Shown: one piece after another, positions 1 to 9,062 of the stretch
Position numbering within the stretch: position 1 is the first letter of the stretch
Layout: every line of letters starts with the position of its first letter
NCBI GenBank assembly: GCA_035539815.1
Contig: DATLHR010000146.1
Coordinates: 8,063-72,062 of the forward strand
Length of the DNA stretch: 64,000 nucleotides
Reading direction: 5' to 3'
Source of the DNA: Kofleriaceae bacterium
GTDB lineage: Bacteria; Myxococcota_A; Polyangia; Haliangiales; Haliangiaceae
The notes under the pieces: model-generated
The model's input: only the letters and a program-made list of their open reading frames with translations
Database searches by the model: none
What the model was told of the DNA's origin: nothing
Made by a program: the position numbers and the translations under genes

Positions 1-1
1 T

Positions 2-643
2 GCCGAGACGATCCGCAGCTTCGAGACGGTGCTGTGGGCGCGTCCGACGACCGGACTGTCGACGCGCCTCTCCGGGTTCTACTGGAAGGCCAGCGACGTG
101 ATCGAGCAGCGGCCATCCCCAGATCCGACGCTGCTGCAGTTCCAGAACGTCGGTGAGTACGTCACGCAGGGCGTCGAGCTCGAGGGGAGCTATCGCAATG
201 CCGCCGGCTGGTATGCGTTCGCGGGCGCCACGATCGCCAAGATCGGTGCGTCCGAGGGTGGCGGCGAGATCGTGTTCGACAGCGTCGTCAACGCGCCGAA
301 GGTCACGGCGGCAGGTGGTGTGTCGACGCCGCTCTTGATGGATCACGCGCACCTGTCGCTGCAGGGCACGTTCATCAGCCGCCGGCTGACGCGCATCAAC
401 GAGGAGACCGGCGAGCGCGGCCCGGCGACGCCGGGCTGGTTCGGCCTCGACGCGACGGTCTACGTGCCGAACCTGCGCCGCTTCGATGTCACCGCGGGCG
501 TGCGCAACATCCTCGGCAAGCGCGACCTGCAGCCCGCGGTCGGCGACTACGATCGGTTCCCCGAGATGGAGCCGGCGGTGTTCGTCGCGCGCCTGCCTGC
601 GGAGGGGCGCGAGGTGTTCGTGAAAGTGGGGTACTCCTACTGA
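2..643 (+). CDS. TonB-dependent outer-membrane receptor, C-terminal part (gene begins left of window)
   Basis: The frame is open from nt 2 (AETIRSFETVLWARP...). The C-terminus ...AEGREVFVKVGYSY has the amphipathic beta-strand pattern and terminal aromatic residue typical of TonB-dependent receptor barrels. The stop overlaps the next start (TGATG at 641-645). Confidence 0.65.
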   Translation, partial: AETIRSFETVLWARPTTGLSTRLSGFYWKASDVIEQRPSPDPTLLQFQNVGEYVTQGVELEGSYRNAAGWYAFAGATIAKIGASEGGGEIVFDSVVNAPKVTAAGGVSTPLLMDHAHLSLQGTFISRRLTRINEETGERGPATPGWFGLDATVYVPNLRRFDVTAGVRNILGKRDLQPAVGDYDRFPEMEPAVFVARLPAEGREVFVKVGYSY

Positions 644-3060
644 TGCGGACGCGGATCGCACTGGCAGCGTTGCTCGCGTGCGCGCAGACGGCGTCCGCGC
701 AGCGACCCAACGAGGGCGAGGACGAGAGCGCCGCGCTGGTCGCCGAGGGCCGCGAAGCGCTCAAGAACGGCGACCTCGAAGACGCGGCCAAGGCCCTCGA
801 TCAGGCGCTCGCGCTGAACCCGCGGCGCGTCGAGGCGTACGTCCTGCGCTCGGCGGTGTTCGCGGCGCGCAAGCAGTACAAGCAAGGCATCGCGCTGATG
901 CGGCGCGCGCAGGAGCTCGCGCCGGGCGACGAGGAAGTGCTGACCGCGCTCGGCTCGCAGCTGGTGCTGTCCGGCGACACGGCGGCCGGCGTGCCGATCC
1001 TCGAGCAGGTCACGAAGAAGAACCCGAAGCGCTACGACGCGCAGCTCTTGCTCGGGCACCACTTCCACACCACGGGCAAGTGGCCCGATGCCGTCGCGGC
1101 GTACGAGGCGTACTTCAAGGACCGCCCGGGCGCGCTCGCCGGCGAGGATGCGCGGCATCGCATCGAGCTCGCCGACGCGTATCTCCGGTTCCGCCAGCCC
1201 CAGAAGGCGCTCGCGATGTTCAAGGACGCCGCGGCGGAGCGGAAGACGGATCTGCGCGCCAAGATCGGCGTGGCATGGGCGACGGCCGCGATCGACTGCA
1301 AGCGCGCGCGCCCGCTGCTGCGCGCGCTCGAGCCGATCGCGGAGACGCACCCCGAGGTGTGGCTCGTCGACGGGCAGTGCGCGATCGCGCTCGGCGATAT
1401 CAAGGGAGCGCTCGTGCTCGGCCGGCAATATCTCGAGCGCGCGCAAGACGCGCGGGGGCTCGACAAGGCGCCCGCGAGCGTCGCGGCGGGGCACGCGCTC
1501 GTCGGAGAAGCGCAGGCGTCGCGCGGCAACCTGGCCGAGGCGCGCAAGGAGCTCGAGACGGCACGCAAGCTCGATCCGGAGCGCCGCCGCTGGACGGTGC
1601 GACTCGCGGTGGTGCTGCGACGGGCGAACGATGCGAAGGGCGCGCTCGCCGCGCTCGAGCAGCTCGGGCCGCCGGCGTCGGCGTCGATCGACCCGGACTG
1701 GTGGACCGAGCTCGGCGAGGCGCTGCTCGCGACCGGTGAGGCCAAGACGGCGGTGGCGCGGCTCGTCCCGGTGCTGTCCGAGGTCCCGCGAGATGCGGGG
1801 CTGCGCGTGGTCGCGGGCGCGGCGCAGCTGCAGGCAGGGCAGCCCGACGAGGCGATCCAGTCGCTGACCGAGGCCGAGGCGATCGTGTCGACGCCGCGCT
1901 CGCGCAAGCTGCTCGTCGAGGCGCTGACGCAGGTCGCGGTGGGCAAGCTCGCCGGCGGAGATGCCGCAGGCGCGGAGCCGATGCTCGCGCGCGCCGATGC
2001 GCTCGAGGGAACGCCGGCTGTTTGGCGCAACCTCGGCATCGCGCGCCTCGCGCTCGACAAGGCGAGCGAGGCACAGCCGGTGCTCGACAAGGCCGCGAAA
2101 GCGGATCCGAGTGGGACGACGTTGATGCTCGCGGGCCGCGCGCACGCGCTCGCGGGCGACCTCTCCGGTGCGCGCCAGCTGTACGAGCGCGCGCTCGCCG
2201 TCGAGAAGGAGCAGCCGGTCGAGGTCGCACTCGACTGGGCGGCGACGGAAGTGCAGGGCGGCGACCCCGCGCTCGCGGTGGCCGCGCTCGAGAAGACCGC
2301 GGGCGCGGCGAAGGGAACGCCGCTCGCCGCGCGTCACAAGTCGGCGCTCGCGGTCGCGCGTCACGCCGCCGGTGTCGCTGCGCTGCGCGCGGGCAACGGT
2401 GGCAAGGCCGTCGACCTGCTGCGCGCCTCGGTCGCCGGGGAGTCGGCGCTCTCGACGAAGTGCGATCTCGCGCTCGCCGCCGTCGTGGCGAACGACGCGT
2501 CGGAGGCGCTGCGCGCGCTGCGCGCCGTGAGCGGCCAGACGTGTCCGTTCCCGCCGCCCGCCGACACGCAAGCCGCCGCGATCCTCATCGCCTTCACGGA
2601 GGGTCGCAATCCGAAGCGCGCGGCCAGGGCGCTCGATCGCCTCACGGCGCTCTCCGGCAAGTCGAGTGGGCCGGCGGCATTTCTCTTGAACACCTCGATC
2701 CGCGTCGTCGCGCTCGAGGCGGCGCAAGACGCCTATCGCAACGGCAAGCTCTCGCAGGCGCGCAAGTACCTCGGCTCGGCGAAGAACGCGAGCTCGCGCA
2801 TCGGCACCGACGAGGTGGCGCACAACCTCGCCGTCATCGATCTCGCCGACGGCAACGTCGACGCGGCGATCGCCGGCCTCGAGCGCGTGGCGGCGAAGGT
2901 GCCCGAGGCGTACGTCAACCTCGGCATCGCGTACGAGCGCAAGGGCGATCCGCTCAAGGCCCTCGACGCGTGGCGGCGCGCCAAGCGCGCGGGCGTCCGC
3001 TTCGGGCCGCTCAACGATTGGATCGAATCGAAAGAGCGCATCTACGGAGGTGGCCAGTGA
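643..3060 (+). CDS. secreted tetratricopeptide-repeat (TPR) protein
   Basis: 805-aa ORF with signal peptide MRTRIALAALLACAQTASAQ. It contains many ~34-aa helical repeats, e.g. EAYVLRSAVFAARKQYKQGIALMRRAQELAPGD and AYVNLGIAYERKGDPLKALDAWRRA. Confidence 0.8.
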   Translation: MRTRIALAALLACAQTASAQRPNEGEDESAALVAEGREALKNGDLEDAAKALDQALALNPRRVEAYVLRSAVFAARKQYKQGIALMRRAQELAPGDEEVLTALGSQLVLSGDTAAGVPILEQVTKKNPKRYDAQLLLGHHFHTTGKWPDAVAAYEAYFKDRPGALAGEDARHRIELADAYLRFRQPQKALAMFKDAAAERKTDLRAKIGVAWATAAIDCKRARPLLRALEPIAETHPEVWLVDGQCAIALGDIKGALVLGRQYLERAQDARGLDKAPASVAAGHALVGEAQASRGNLAEARKELETARKLDPERRRWTVRLAVVLRRANDAKGALAALEQLGPPASASIDPDWWTELGEALLATGEAKTAVARLVPVLSEVPRDAGLRVVAGAAQLQAGQPDEAIQSLTEAEAIVSTPRSRKLLVEALTQVAVGKLAGGDAAGAEPMLARADALEGTPAVWRNLGIARLALDKASEAQPVLDKAAKADPSGTTLMLAGRAHALAGDLSGARQLYERALAVEKEQPVEVALDWAATEVQGGDPALAVAALEKTAGAAKGTPLAARHKSALAVARHAAGVAALRAGNGGKAVDLLRASVAGESALSTKCDLALAAVVANDASEALRALRAVSGQTCPFPPPADTQAAAILIAFTEGRNPKRAARALDRLTALSGKSSGPAAFLLNTSIRVVALEAAQDAYRNGKLSQARKYLGSAKNASSRIGTDEVAHNLAVIDLADGNVDAAIAGLERVAAKVPEAYVNLGIAYERKGDPLKALDAWRRAKRAGVRFGPLNDWIESKERIYGGGQ

Positions 3061-3929
3061 CCCGCGTCGTGCTCGCGCTCCTGCTCCTGTGCGCCCTCGC
3101 CGCCGCCGCCGTCGCGCAGAACGTCACCGTCGGCCTCTACGCGCCGACCGCACCGTTCCCGTCGTCCGCGGCTCGCGTCGAGCTCGCCACCCGCCTGGGC
3201 GCTCACCTCGGCAAGGCGCTCGGCGGTGCGGGCGCCGGTCGCAACTACGCCCGCGCCGGCGACTTCTCCGCCGCCGTGAAGAAGGGCGATGTCACCGTCG
3301 CGCTCGTCGACTCCACGTACCTCGCGAGCGCCGGTGGTAACTACACCGTCCTCGCCGCCGCCGTTCGCAACGGCGACACCTCGCACGGCTGGCAGCTCGT
3401 CGCGCGCGGCGCCGACAAGATCGGCCAGCTCCGGGGCAAGCGCATCCTCGTCCCCAGCATCGGCGGGCGCGAGACCGACTTCGTCGTCAACGCGCTCCTC
3501 GGCGGCGACATCGCGCGCGACTACTTCGGCAAGGTCGAGGCCGCCCCCGACACCGCGTCCGCGCTCGCCGCCCTCGGCCTCGGCAAGGCCGAAGCCGCGG
3601 TCGTCCCCACGGGTGTCGACCTCCCGAGCGGCACCAGCGTGGTCCTCTCGCTGCCTTCGCTCCCCGGCCCCGTCCTCGTCGCCTACGGCGCCACCGCCCA
3701 GCAGCGCGCGGCGCTCGTCGCCGCCGCCACTAGCTTCCGCGGTGACGCCACGGTCAACAGCTTCCGCGCCGCCGATGCCGACGCCGTCCGCGGCGTCGCG
3801 CGCCGCTTCACCGTTCCGGCGAAGCGCGGCCCCCACGCCGTCCCCAACGTGCGCCTCGTCGTCGGTGACCTCGTCGACAACCGCACGTTCACGATCGAGC
3901 GCACGCCGGCGACGACGTTCGCGAAGTAG
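3057..3929 (+). CDS. periplasmic substrate-binding-like protein (PhnD/type-2 SBP-like)
   Basis: In-frame GTG at 3057 overlaps the TPR stop (GTGA). Signal peptide VTRVVLALLLLCALAAAAVAQ. The VGLYAP...ALVDSTYLA...GKRILVPSIGGRETDFV pattern resembles phosphonate-type SBPs. The family call is by eye only. Confidence 0.55.
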   Translation: MTRVVLALLLLCALAAAAVAQNVTVGLYAPTAPFPSSAARVELATRLGAHLGKALGGAGAGRNYARAGDFSAAVKKGDVTVALVDSTYLASAGGNYTVLAAAVRNGDTSHGWQLVARGADKIGQLRGKRILVPSIGGRETDFVVNALLGGDIARDYFGKVEAAPDTASALAALGLGKAEAAVVPTGVDLPSGTSVVLSLPSLPGPVLVAYGATAQQRAALVAAATSFRGDATVNSFRAADADAVRGVARRFTVPAKRGPHAVPNVRLVVGDLVDNRTFTIERTPATTFAK

Positions 3930-3945
3930 CGTCCACGTTGGGAGC

Positions 3946-6876
3946 TCAGGAGCGGCGGCGGCGGCGGCGGAGCACGAGGCCGCCGACCAGGGTCGAGAGG
4001 GCGAGGGCGGCGGGCGCGTCGGGGCTCGCGGAGCAGCAGCCACCCAGGGTGGGGAGCTCGACGATCTTGCAGGAGGGCGAGCAGGTCGCGTCGCCCGAGC
4101 CGTGGTCGCACTCCTCGTTGCTGTCGACGATGTGGTCACCGCACGCGGGGCGCAGGCAGTAGGAGCGGCAGTGATCGGGCTCGTCGGCGTTCTCGGCGCC
4201 TTCGTCGCAGCCCTCGGTCGGTGACTTGGTGCCGTCACCGCAGATCGAGTTGACGTTCGCGACGATGCAGACGTCGTCGAGGTGCCAGCCGCCGAGCTCG
4301 AGGCCCATGTCGGTGGTGATGTCCCAGCCGACGGTGTAGACGCTGGAAGGCGAGTAGCCCGAGAGCGCGACGTCGTGGAAGCGCCACTCGCGATCGATGT
4401 GATGGGTCGCGCTCGAGTCGCCGAGGTTCGCCGTGAAGTTGAGCCACGCGCGCTGGTCGTTGACGGTGACGCGCGCCTGGTCGAAGTGGCTGTCTTCGAC
4501 CGCGAGCCAGCGCCGGTACTGGAGGTGCACGTCGGTCCAGCGGCCGACGTCGATCGGCGGGGACTTGATCCAGCTAGTGACGCCCTTGCCGTAGTCACCG
4601 CCGAGCTTCTGCGCGAGCACCTGGGTGCCGGAGTAGGCGAACGGCGGGTCGGTGGCGCCGCCGCTCGGCACGCCCCACTCCCACTCGGATGGGATGTTCT
4701 CGTTGGAGGTGCCGGTGGTCCAGCCCTCGAGGAAGGGGTCGCCGTCCTCGAAGTCGGTGCAGTAGAGCGGGACGGTGTGGCCCTGATAGAGCTGGTAGTA
4801 CGGGTCGGCGAGGTTGTCGGCGAGCGTGAGGAGCGAGCCGTCGACGAACTGCACGCGCGCGCGGTAGAAGATCTTGCCTTCGATCGCGAGCGGCAGCTGG
4901 ACGAAGAAGATGCCGGGCGCGGCGAGGGTCGCCGTGGTGCTGCCGGCGGCGGGCTCGGTGGTGACGGACGGGCGCCAGTCGACGGTGACGCTCTCGATCT
5001 CGTCTCCGTCGCAGCGATCGGTGAGGCCGCTGATCTCGACCCGCACGAGCGTCGACTTCGCCTGCTGCACGAGCGGGCTCGGTGCGACGATGTTGCCGCT
5101 CGCGGTGCGCAGACCGTGGCGGCCGTACGCATTGCGGATCGCGCACTCGTGCGGCGTGCCGTTGTCGAGGTTGCCGTCGTCGTCATCCTCGACGAGCGCC
5201 TCGATCAGGCTGGTCGGGATGTTGGTCGAGCGGCGCAGCGTTCCGACGTAGAGCTTCTGCACGATGCGGATGCCCTCGGCCTCTCCGAGCTGCGCGATCA
5301 GGTCCTTGCGGAGGTCCCACAGGGCGCCGCCGTAGATCATGCCGGTGTGGTGGATCTCGAGGATGTCCTCGGGCCACCGGTACTCCTTGTCGGGCGGATC
5401 GAGCTCGCGCAGCGGCGTGTCGACGTAGAAGAAGCCACGGCCCATGCCCGAGTCGTTGCTCATGCTCGCCGCGAGGAAGTCCGCCGCGCCCTCGCTCATC
5501 GCGCCGTCGAACGAGCCGACGCCTTCGATGATCTCCGCGGTGTGCAGCGCGTGCCCGAACTCGTGGACGATCACGTCCTCGACCAGGCCGGTGTTCTCGC
5601 ACATCTGGCTCGAGCGAAAGAAGTTGATCGACTTCCCGTCGAAGAACGCGTTGCACTCCTGATTGATGTTGACGTTGGCGATCATCTGCGCCGGGAGGAG
5701 CGGCAGCGCGGGATCGAGGTGCTCGAGCACGAACGCCTTCGCGCGGTTCGCGTGGATGAACACGTTGACCTGAGCGTCCTCGGCGGGGTTCGCGGTCGCA
5801 TCCCACACCGCGGTGCCATCGGGCGCGAGCGAGAGTGCGGTGGAGGCGAGCACGCCGCTCGCATCGACCTTGTTCACGATCGTGATGAGGTCGCCGACGA
5901 CCGCGGTCGCGACCGTCTGCGGAACGTTCGAGCCCCAGGTCACGAGGCCGGCCGGCGTGGTGGTCTGGGGCGCTCCTCCGACCAGGACCTGCGCGCGCGC
6001 GGCCGGTCGATCGATGCGCGGCCGCTGCGGATAGCGGTCGACCGCGCGGTAGAGCAGCGTGCCCGAGGCGTAGGCGTTGAGCTGGTGGACCGCGAGGACC
6101 TCGCCGGTCGCGACATCGGCGTAGGCGAGGTAGCGCCCATCGGCGCCGCCGTCGATGTGGAGCGGCCGTGCGATGCGATACCCGAGCACGGCATCGTCGG
6201 CGATCAGCGGCAACACGACTTCGTCACCTGGCTCCGTGACCGGCGCGGCGGGCAAGGCGAGGTCGCGGCGCAGCGCCGTGGTCGCGCGCGTATGGATCGC
6301 CGCGCGTGTCATCCGCGTCCGCGGCTTCGGCACCGAAGCATCCACGTTCGGCAGGGCCTCGCTGCCGATCGCGATCAGCCGATCGCGCTTGAACCGGAAG
6401 CTGACCTGCCCGCCGACGACGCGCCGGCCGCCCACGCGCTGCACGAAGCCGACGGAGCGGATCTCGCCGTCGCTGTGGTTCGACGCGAGCTCGAAGTCGG
6501 AGGCCGTCGCGCCGGGCGCGACGAGGTCGACGTGATCGACCAGCCATTGCCGCGTGAAGGTCTCCGCGATCGCCGCGGACGCGACCGAGCCGAACACGAG
6601 GACGCCGGTGCCCCAGATGCGGCTCGGCACCCCGGTGGCGCGGTCGTACGAGGCGCGCCACGTGCCGCCGGCGGCCGCGGTGAACGCCTTCCATGCCGGG
6701 CTCGCGACGGTCGTGTACCTGACCTCGGCGTGCGCGCGCAGCGGCTTGGTCGTGCCCGCGGCGGGCATCGCCGTCAGGTGTGGCGCCGCGAGCCGCGGAC
6801 CCGTGCGCGGAACGACGGCGTTCGCGGGCACCGACACGAGCATCAAGGTGGCGCCCACGAGCGCCGCGCGAAGCAT
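3946..6876 (-). CDS. secreted thermolysin-clan zinc metalloprotease (M36/M4-like) with Cys-rich repeats and MYXO-CTERM-like tail
   Basis: 976 aa with signal peptide MLRAALVGATLMLVSVPANA. It has HExxH (VIVHEFGHALH) followed by GAMSEGAADF (third-ligand Glu region). The C-terminus carries two CGDG..EGCDEG / CGDH..EECDHG Cys-rich repeats, then GGCCSASPDAPAALALSTLVGGLVLRRRRRRS. Confidence 0.85.
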   Translation of the reverse strand: MLRAALVGATLMLVSVPANAVVPRTGPRLAAPHLTAMPAAGTTKPLRAHAEVRYTTVASPAWKAFTAAAGGTWRASYDRATGVPSRIWGTGVLVFGSVASAAIAETFTRQWLVDHVDLVAPGATASDFELASNHSDGEIRSVGFVQRVGGRRVVGGQVSFRFKRDRLIAIGSEALPNVDASVPKPRTRMTRAAIHTRATTALRRDLALPAAPVTEPGDEVVLPLIADDAVLGYRIARPLHIDGGADGRYLAYADVATGEVLAVHQLNAYASGTLLYRAVDRYPQRPRIDRPAARAQVLVGGAPQTTTPAGLVTWGSNVPQTVATAVVGDLITIVNKVDASGVLASTALSLAPDGTAVWDATANPAEDAQVNVFIHANRAKAFVLEHLDPALPLLPAQMIANVNINQECNAFFDGKSINFFRSSQMCENTGLVEDVIVHEFGHALHTAEIIEGVGSFDGAMSEGAADFLAASMSNDSGMGRGFFYVDTPLRELDPPDKEYRWPEDILEIHHTGMIYGGALWDLRKDLIAQLGEAEGIRIVQKLYVGTLRRSTNIPTSLIEALVEDDDDGNLDNGTPHECAIRNAYGRHGLRTASGNIVAPSPLVQQAKSTLVRVEISGLTDRCDGDEIESVTVDWRPSVTTEPAAGSTTATLAAPGIFFVQLPLAIEGKIFYRARVQFVDGSLLTLADNLADPYYQLYQGHTVPLYCTDFEDGDPFLEGWTTGTSNENIPSEWEWGVPSGGATDPPFAYSGTQVLAQKLGGDYGKGVTSWIKSPPIDVGRWTDVHLQYRRWLAVEDSHFDQARVTVNDQRAWLNFTANLGDSSATHHIDREWRFHDVALSGYSPSSVYTVGWDITTDMGLELGGWHLDDVCIVANVNSICGDGTKSPTEGCDEGAENADEPDHCRSYCLRPACGDHIVDSNEECDHGSGDATCSPSCKIVELPTLGGCCSASPDAPAALALSTLVGGLVLRRRRRRS

Positions 6877-6937
6877 GGCGGCGATTAGAGCGCATGTCCG
6901 ACGGAGGCGCCCCTAGAAAACGCACGTTCTTCGTAGC

Positions 6938-6953
6938 GGGCACATGGCTTGCT
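6938..6953 (+). promoter_or_regulatory. candidate sigma-54 (-24/-12) promoter
   Basis: GGGCAC-ATGGC-TTGCT matches the TGGCAC-N5-TTGC spacing exactly. It lies about 15 nt upstream of the ATG at 6968. The resulting leader would be very short, so confidence is low. Confidence 0.3.
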
Positions 6954-6967
6954 CGAGACGGTTGTCG

Positions 6968-7564
6968 ATGGCGGACAACACGAAACCACAGACCGCCGAG
7001 CAGGAGACGAAGCCGTCTGCGGCACCCGGAGCTCCGGTGAGCGACGCCCGCCGACCCCTCGAGCGTGTTCCCGGTGGGCCCGCTGGGCTCGACCGGATTC
7101 GCGACATTCTGTTCGGAGAAATCCTCAACGACCTCGACAAACGCCTCGCGCGGATCGACCACAGCGTCGCGAGTCGGAGCAGCGAGCTGGCGCAGGATGC
7201 GCGCCGGCGCACGGACGTCCTCGAGGCGCACGTCCGCAAGGAGCTGGAGGCGCAGTCGACCAAGACCTCGCACGACGTCGGGGAGGTCTCCTCCGCAGTT
7301 CGCACCTCACGCCAGGAGCACCGCGAAGCGCTGACCCAGATCGAGCAGCGGCTCGCTCGTCTCGACGAGCGCATCGAGGCCTCGATCTCTCGTATCGAGC
7401 GCGACGTGCGCCAGCAGCTGCTCGATCAAGCGAAGTCGTTCCAGGACGAGATCGCGCGGATGCGCAACGAGCTCCGCTGGGAGCTGGTGCGCGAGCTCGG
7501 GATCGAGCTGGAACCATCGCAGGGGGACGAGCGTGGTGCTGGGCCTTGGGCATCGCACCATTAG
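6968..7564 (+). CDS. coiled-coil protein, first gene of the GTPase/two-component cluster
   Basis: ATG at 6968 (MADNTKPQTAEQ...) is in frame with ORF 6944-7564. After a Pro/Ala-rich N-terminus the sequence is heptad-like and rich in E/R/L/Q (RLARLDERIEASISRIERDVRQQLLDQAKSFQDEIARMRNEL). Confidence 0.6.
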   Translation: MADNTKPQTAEQETKPSAAPGAPVSDARRPLERVPGGPAGLDRIRDILFGEILNDLDKRLARIDHSVASRSSELAQDARRRTDVLEAHVRKELEAQSTKTSHDVGEVSSAVRTSRQEHREALTQIEQRLARLDERIEASISRIERDVRQQLLDQAKSFQDEIARMRNELRWELVRELGIELEPSQGDERGAGPWASHH

Positions 7565-9062
7565 GCGGCGGCCGTCGGAGAGTGACGAAGTGGCGGCGCT
7601 CGAGGCGCTCCGCGAGGTGATCGTCGGGCCCGTCCACGTGGCCGCGGTGCTTCCGGATGCCGTCGCCGAAGCTTCGCGCAGGCGTTCGCGCGAGCTCGGT
7701 GCCGCGCTCGAACCGGCGATGACGCGTGCCGTGCGTGACGTCGCGCGCCGCGAGCCCGCGATGTTCGGCGAGATCCTGGCTCCGACGATCGGCACCGCCG
7801 TTCGCCGCGCGGTGGCCGATGCGGTCGCCGCGATGCTCCAGCGCCTCAACGAGGCGCTCGATCACAGCTTCACCTTGCGCGGCCTGTCCTGGCGGCTCGA
7901 GGCTCGACGCAGTGGACGCGCCATGTCCGAGATCGTGCTCGCGCACACGCTCGTGTATCGCGTCGAATGGGTCATGCTGATCGACACCGAGCGCAGCCTC
8001 ATGCTCGAGGAGGTCTCGCTGCCCGAGGTGGGCGCCAAGGCGCCCGATCAAGTTTCGGCGATGCTGAGTGCGATCCAGGCGTTCGTCAGCGAGGCCTTCC
8101 AACCCACGGCACCGGGTGGAGCTCTGCGCACCGTCGAGGTGGGAGACATCACGCTGTGGATCGACCACGATCCGCAGCTCACGGTCGCGGCGGCGGTGCG
8201 TGGCATCGCACCCCGCGAGCTGCGCGAGATGTTGTACGCCACGCGTCAGAGCATCCACACCGAGCATGCGAGCGCGCTCGTGGACCTTCACTCCAGTGAT
8301 CGCACGTCCAGCTTTGCCGCCGCGCGTCCGCTGCTCGAGGATTGCCTGCGGTGCGTGGTGAAGCCGACGCCGCGCCGCGCGCAGCGTCTGCTCGCGATCG
8401 TCGGGATCGTCGGACTTACCGCCGCCGCGGTGCTCTCGCTGCGCGCGTGCGAGACCTCGCGCGCCGACGCCTCACTCCAGCGTACGTACCGCCAGCTGCT
8501 CGAAGACCGGCCCGGGATCGCCGTGCTGTCGATCGCACGCGACGACGGCGGCCACCGGATCTCGGCGCTCGTCGATCCACGCAGCCCGTCGCTCTCGACG
8601 CTGACCGCGCTGACCCACGTCCTGCCGCTGACGCTCGAGACGCGGCCGTTCAGGTCCTCCGATCCGCGGCTCGGGCCGCCGCTCGCCGCGGTCGACGCCG
8701 CGATCCACGAGCTCGAGACCCTGCAGTTCGAGTTCGCGCGTGGCGCGTCGACGGTGGCGCCCACCGAGGTCGCGCGCGCCGCGGAGCTGTTCGAGCGCGT
8801 GCGCGCCGCGAGCGCGCTGCACGGGATGCAGCCGTGCGTCGATGCGATCGGATACTCCGACGAGACCGGCAGTGCGGTGCGCAACGCCGGCCTGCGCGCG
8901 CAGCGTGCTCAGAACGTGGCGGAGGCCCTGGTCGCCGCCGGCGTGCCACGAGGCCTGGTGTCGAGTCGGCCGGCGACGACCTCCGCAGACGGCACGCGGG
9001 CGGTGCGCTTGCGTGCGAGCCTGCGGCCGCTCGCCCACGTGCGAGAGGAGTGTGGCGCGTGA
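7533..9062 (+). CDS. membrane protein: cytoplasmic Roadblock/LC7-like segment, one TM helix, C-terminal OmpA/MotB-type peptidoglycan-binding domain
   Basis: 509-aa ORF. The start is uncertain (GTG 7533/7536 or GTG 7590). TM helix LLAIVGIVGLTAAAVLSL. The OmpA_C-like signature is FEFARGAST...IGYSDETGSAVRNAGLRAQRAQNVAEALVAAGV. Residues ~133-240 show an alpha-beta-beta-alpha-beta-beta pattern (see findings). Confidence 0.65.
   Translation: MVLGLGHRTIRRRPSESDEVAALEALREVIVGPVHVAAVLPDAVAEASRRRSRELGAALEPAMTRAVRDVARREPAMFGEILAPTIGTAVRRAVADAVAAMLQRLNEALDHSFTLRGLSWRLEARRSGRAMSEIVLAHTLVYRVEWVMLIDTERSLMLEEVSLPEVGAKAPDQVSAMLSAIQAFVSEAFQPTAPGGALRTVEVGDITLWIDHDPQLTVAAAVRGIAPRELREMLYATRQSIHTEHASALVDLHSSDRTSSFAAARPLLEDCLRCVVKPTPRRAQRLLAIVGIVGLTAAAVLSLRACETSRADASLQRTYRQLLEDRPGIAVLSIARDDGGHRISALVDPRSPSLSTLTALTHVLPLTLETRPFRSSDPRLGPPLAAVDAAIHELETLQFEFARGASTVAPTEVARAAELFERVRAASALHGMQPCVDAIGYSDETGSAVRNAGLRAQRAQNVAEALVAAGVPRGLVSSRPATTSADGTRAVRLRASLRPLAHVREECGA

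Noticed and set aside
637-2823. 728-aa minus-strand ORF antisense to the TPR gene. Similar long antisense or out-of-frame ORFs occur at, for example, 3042-5186(-), 4282-6888(+), 16106-17623(+), 18651-20420(+), 21189-23297(+), 23319-24863(+), 26638-28638(+), 29214-30683(+), 31792-34575(+), 43490-44878(+), 52151-53779(-), 53547-55262(-), 55253-57052(-) and 59486-62545(-).
   Set aside because: Their translations are dominated by Arg/Ala/Gly/Asp/His runs with no motifs. Each fully overlaps a gene with clear domain signatures on the other strand or in another frame. This is the stop-codon-poor behaviour expected of ~70% GC DNA.
8342-9058. N-terminal 239-codon extension of the GTPase ORF (ORF track 8342-9568)
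   Set aside because: The extension overlaps the OmpA-domain gene out of frame and is Arg/Ala junk. The GTPase fold starts right at the GTG at 9059 (the P-loop lies 10 residues in), and that GTG overlaps the upstream stop.
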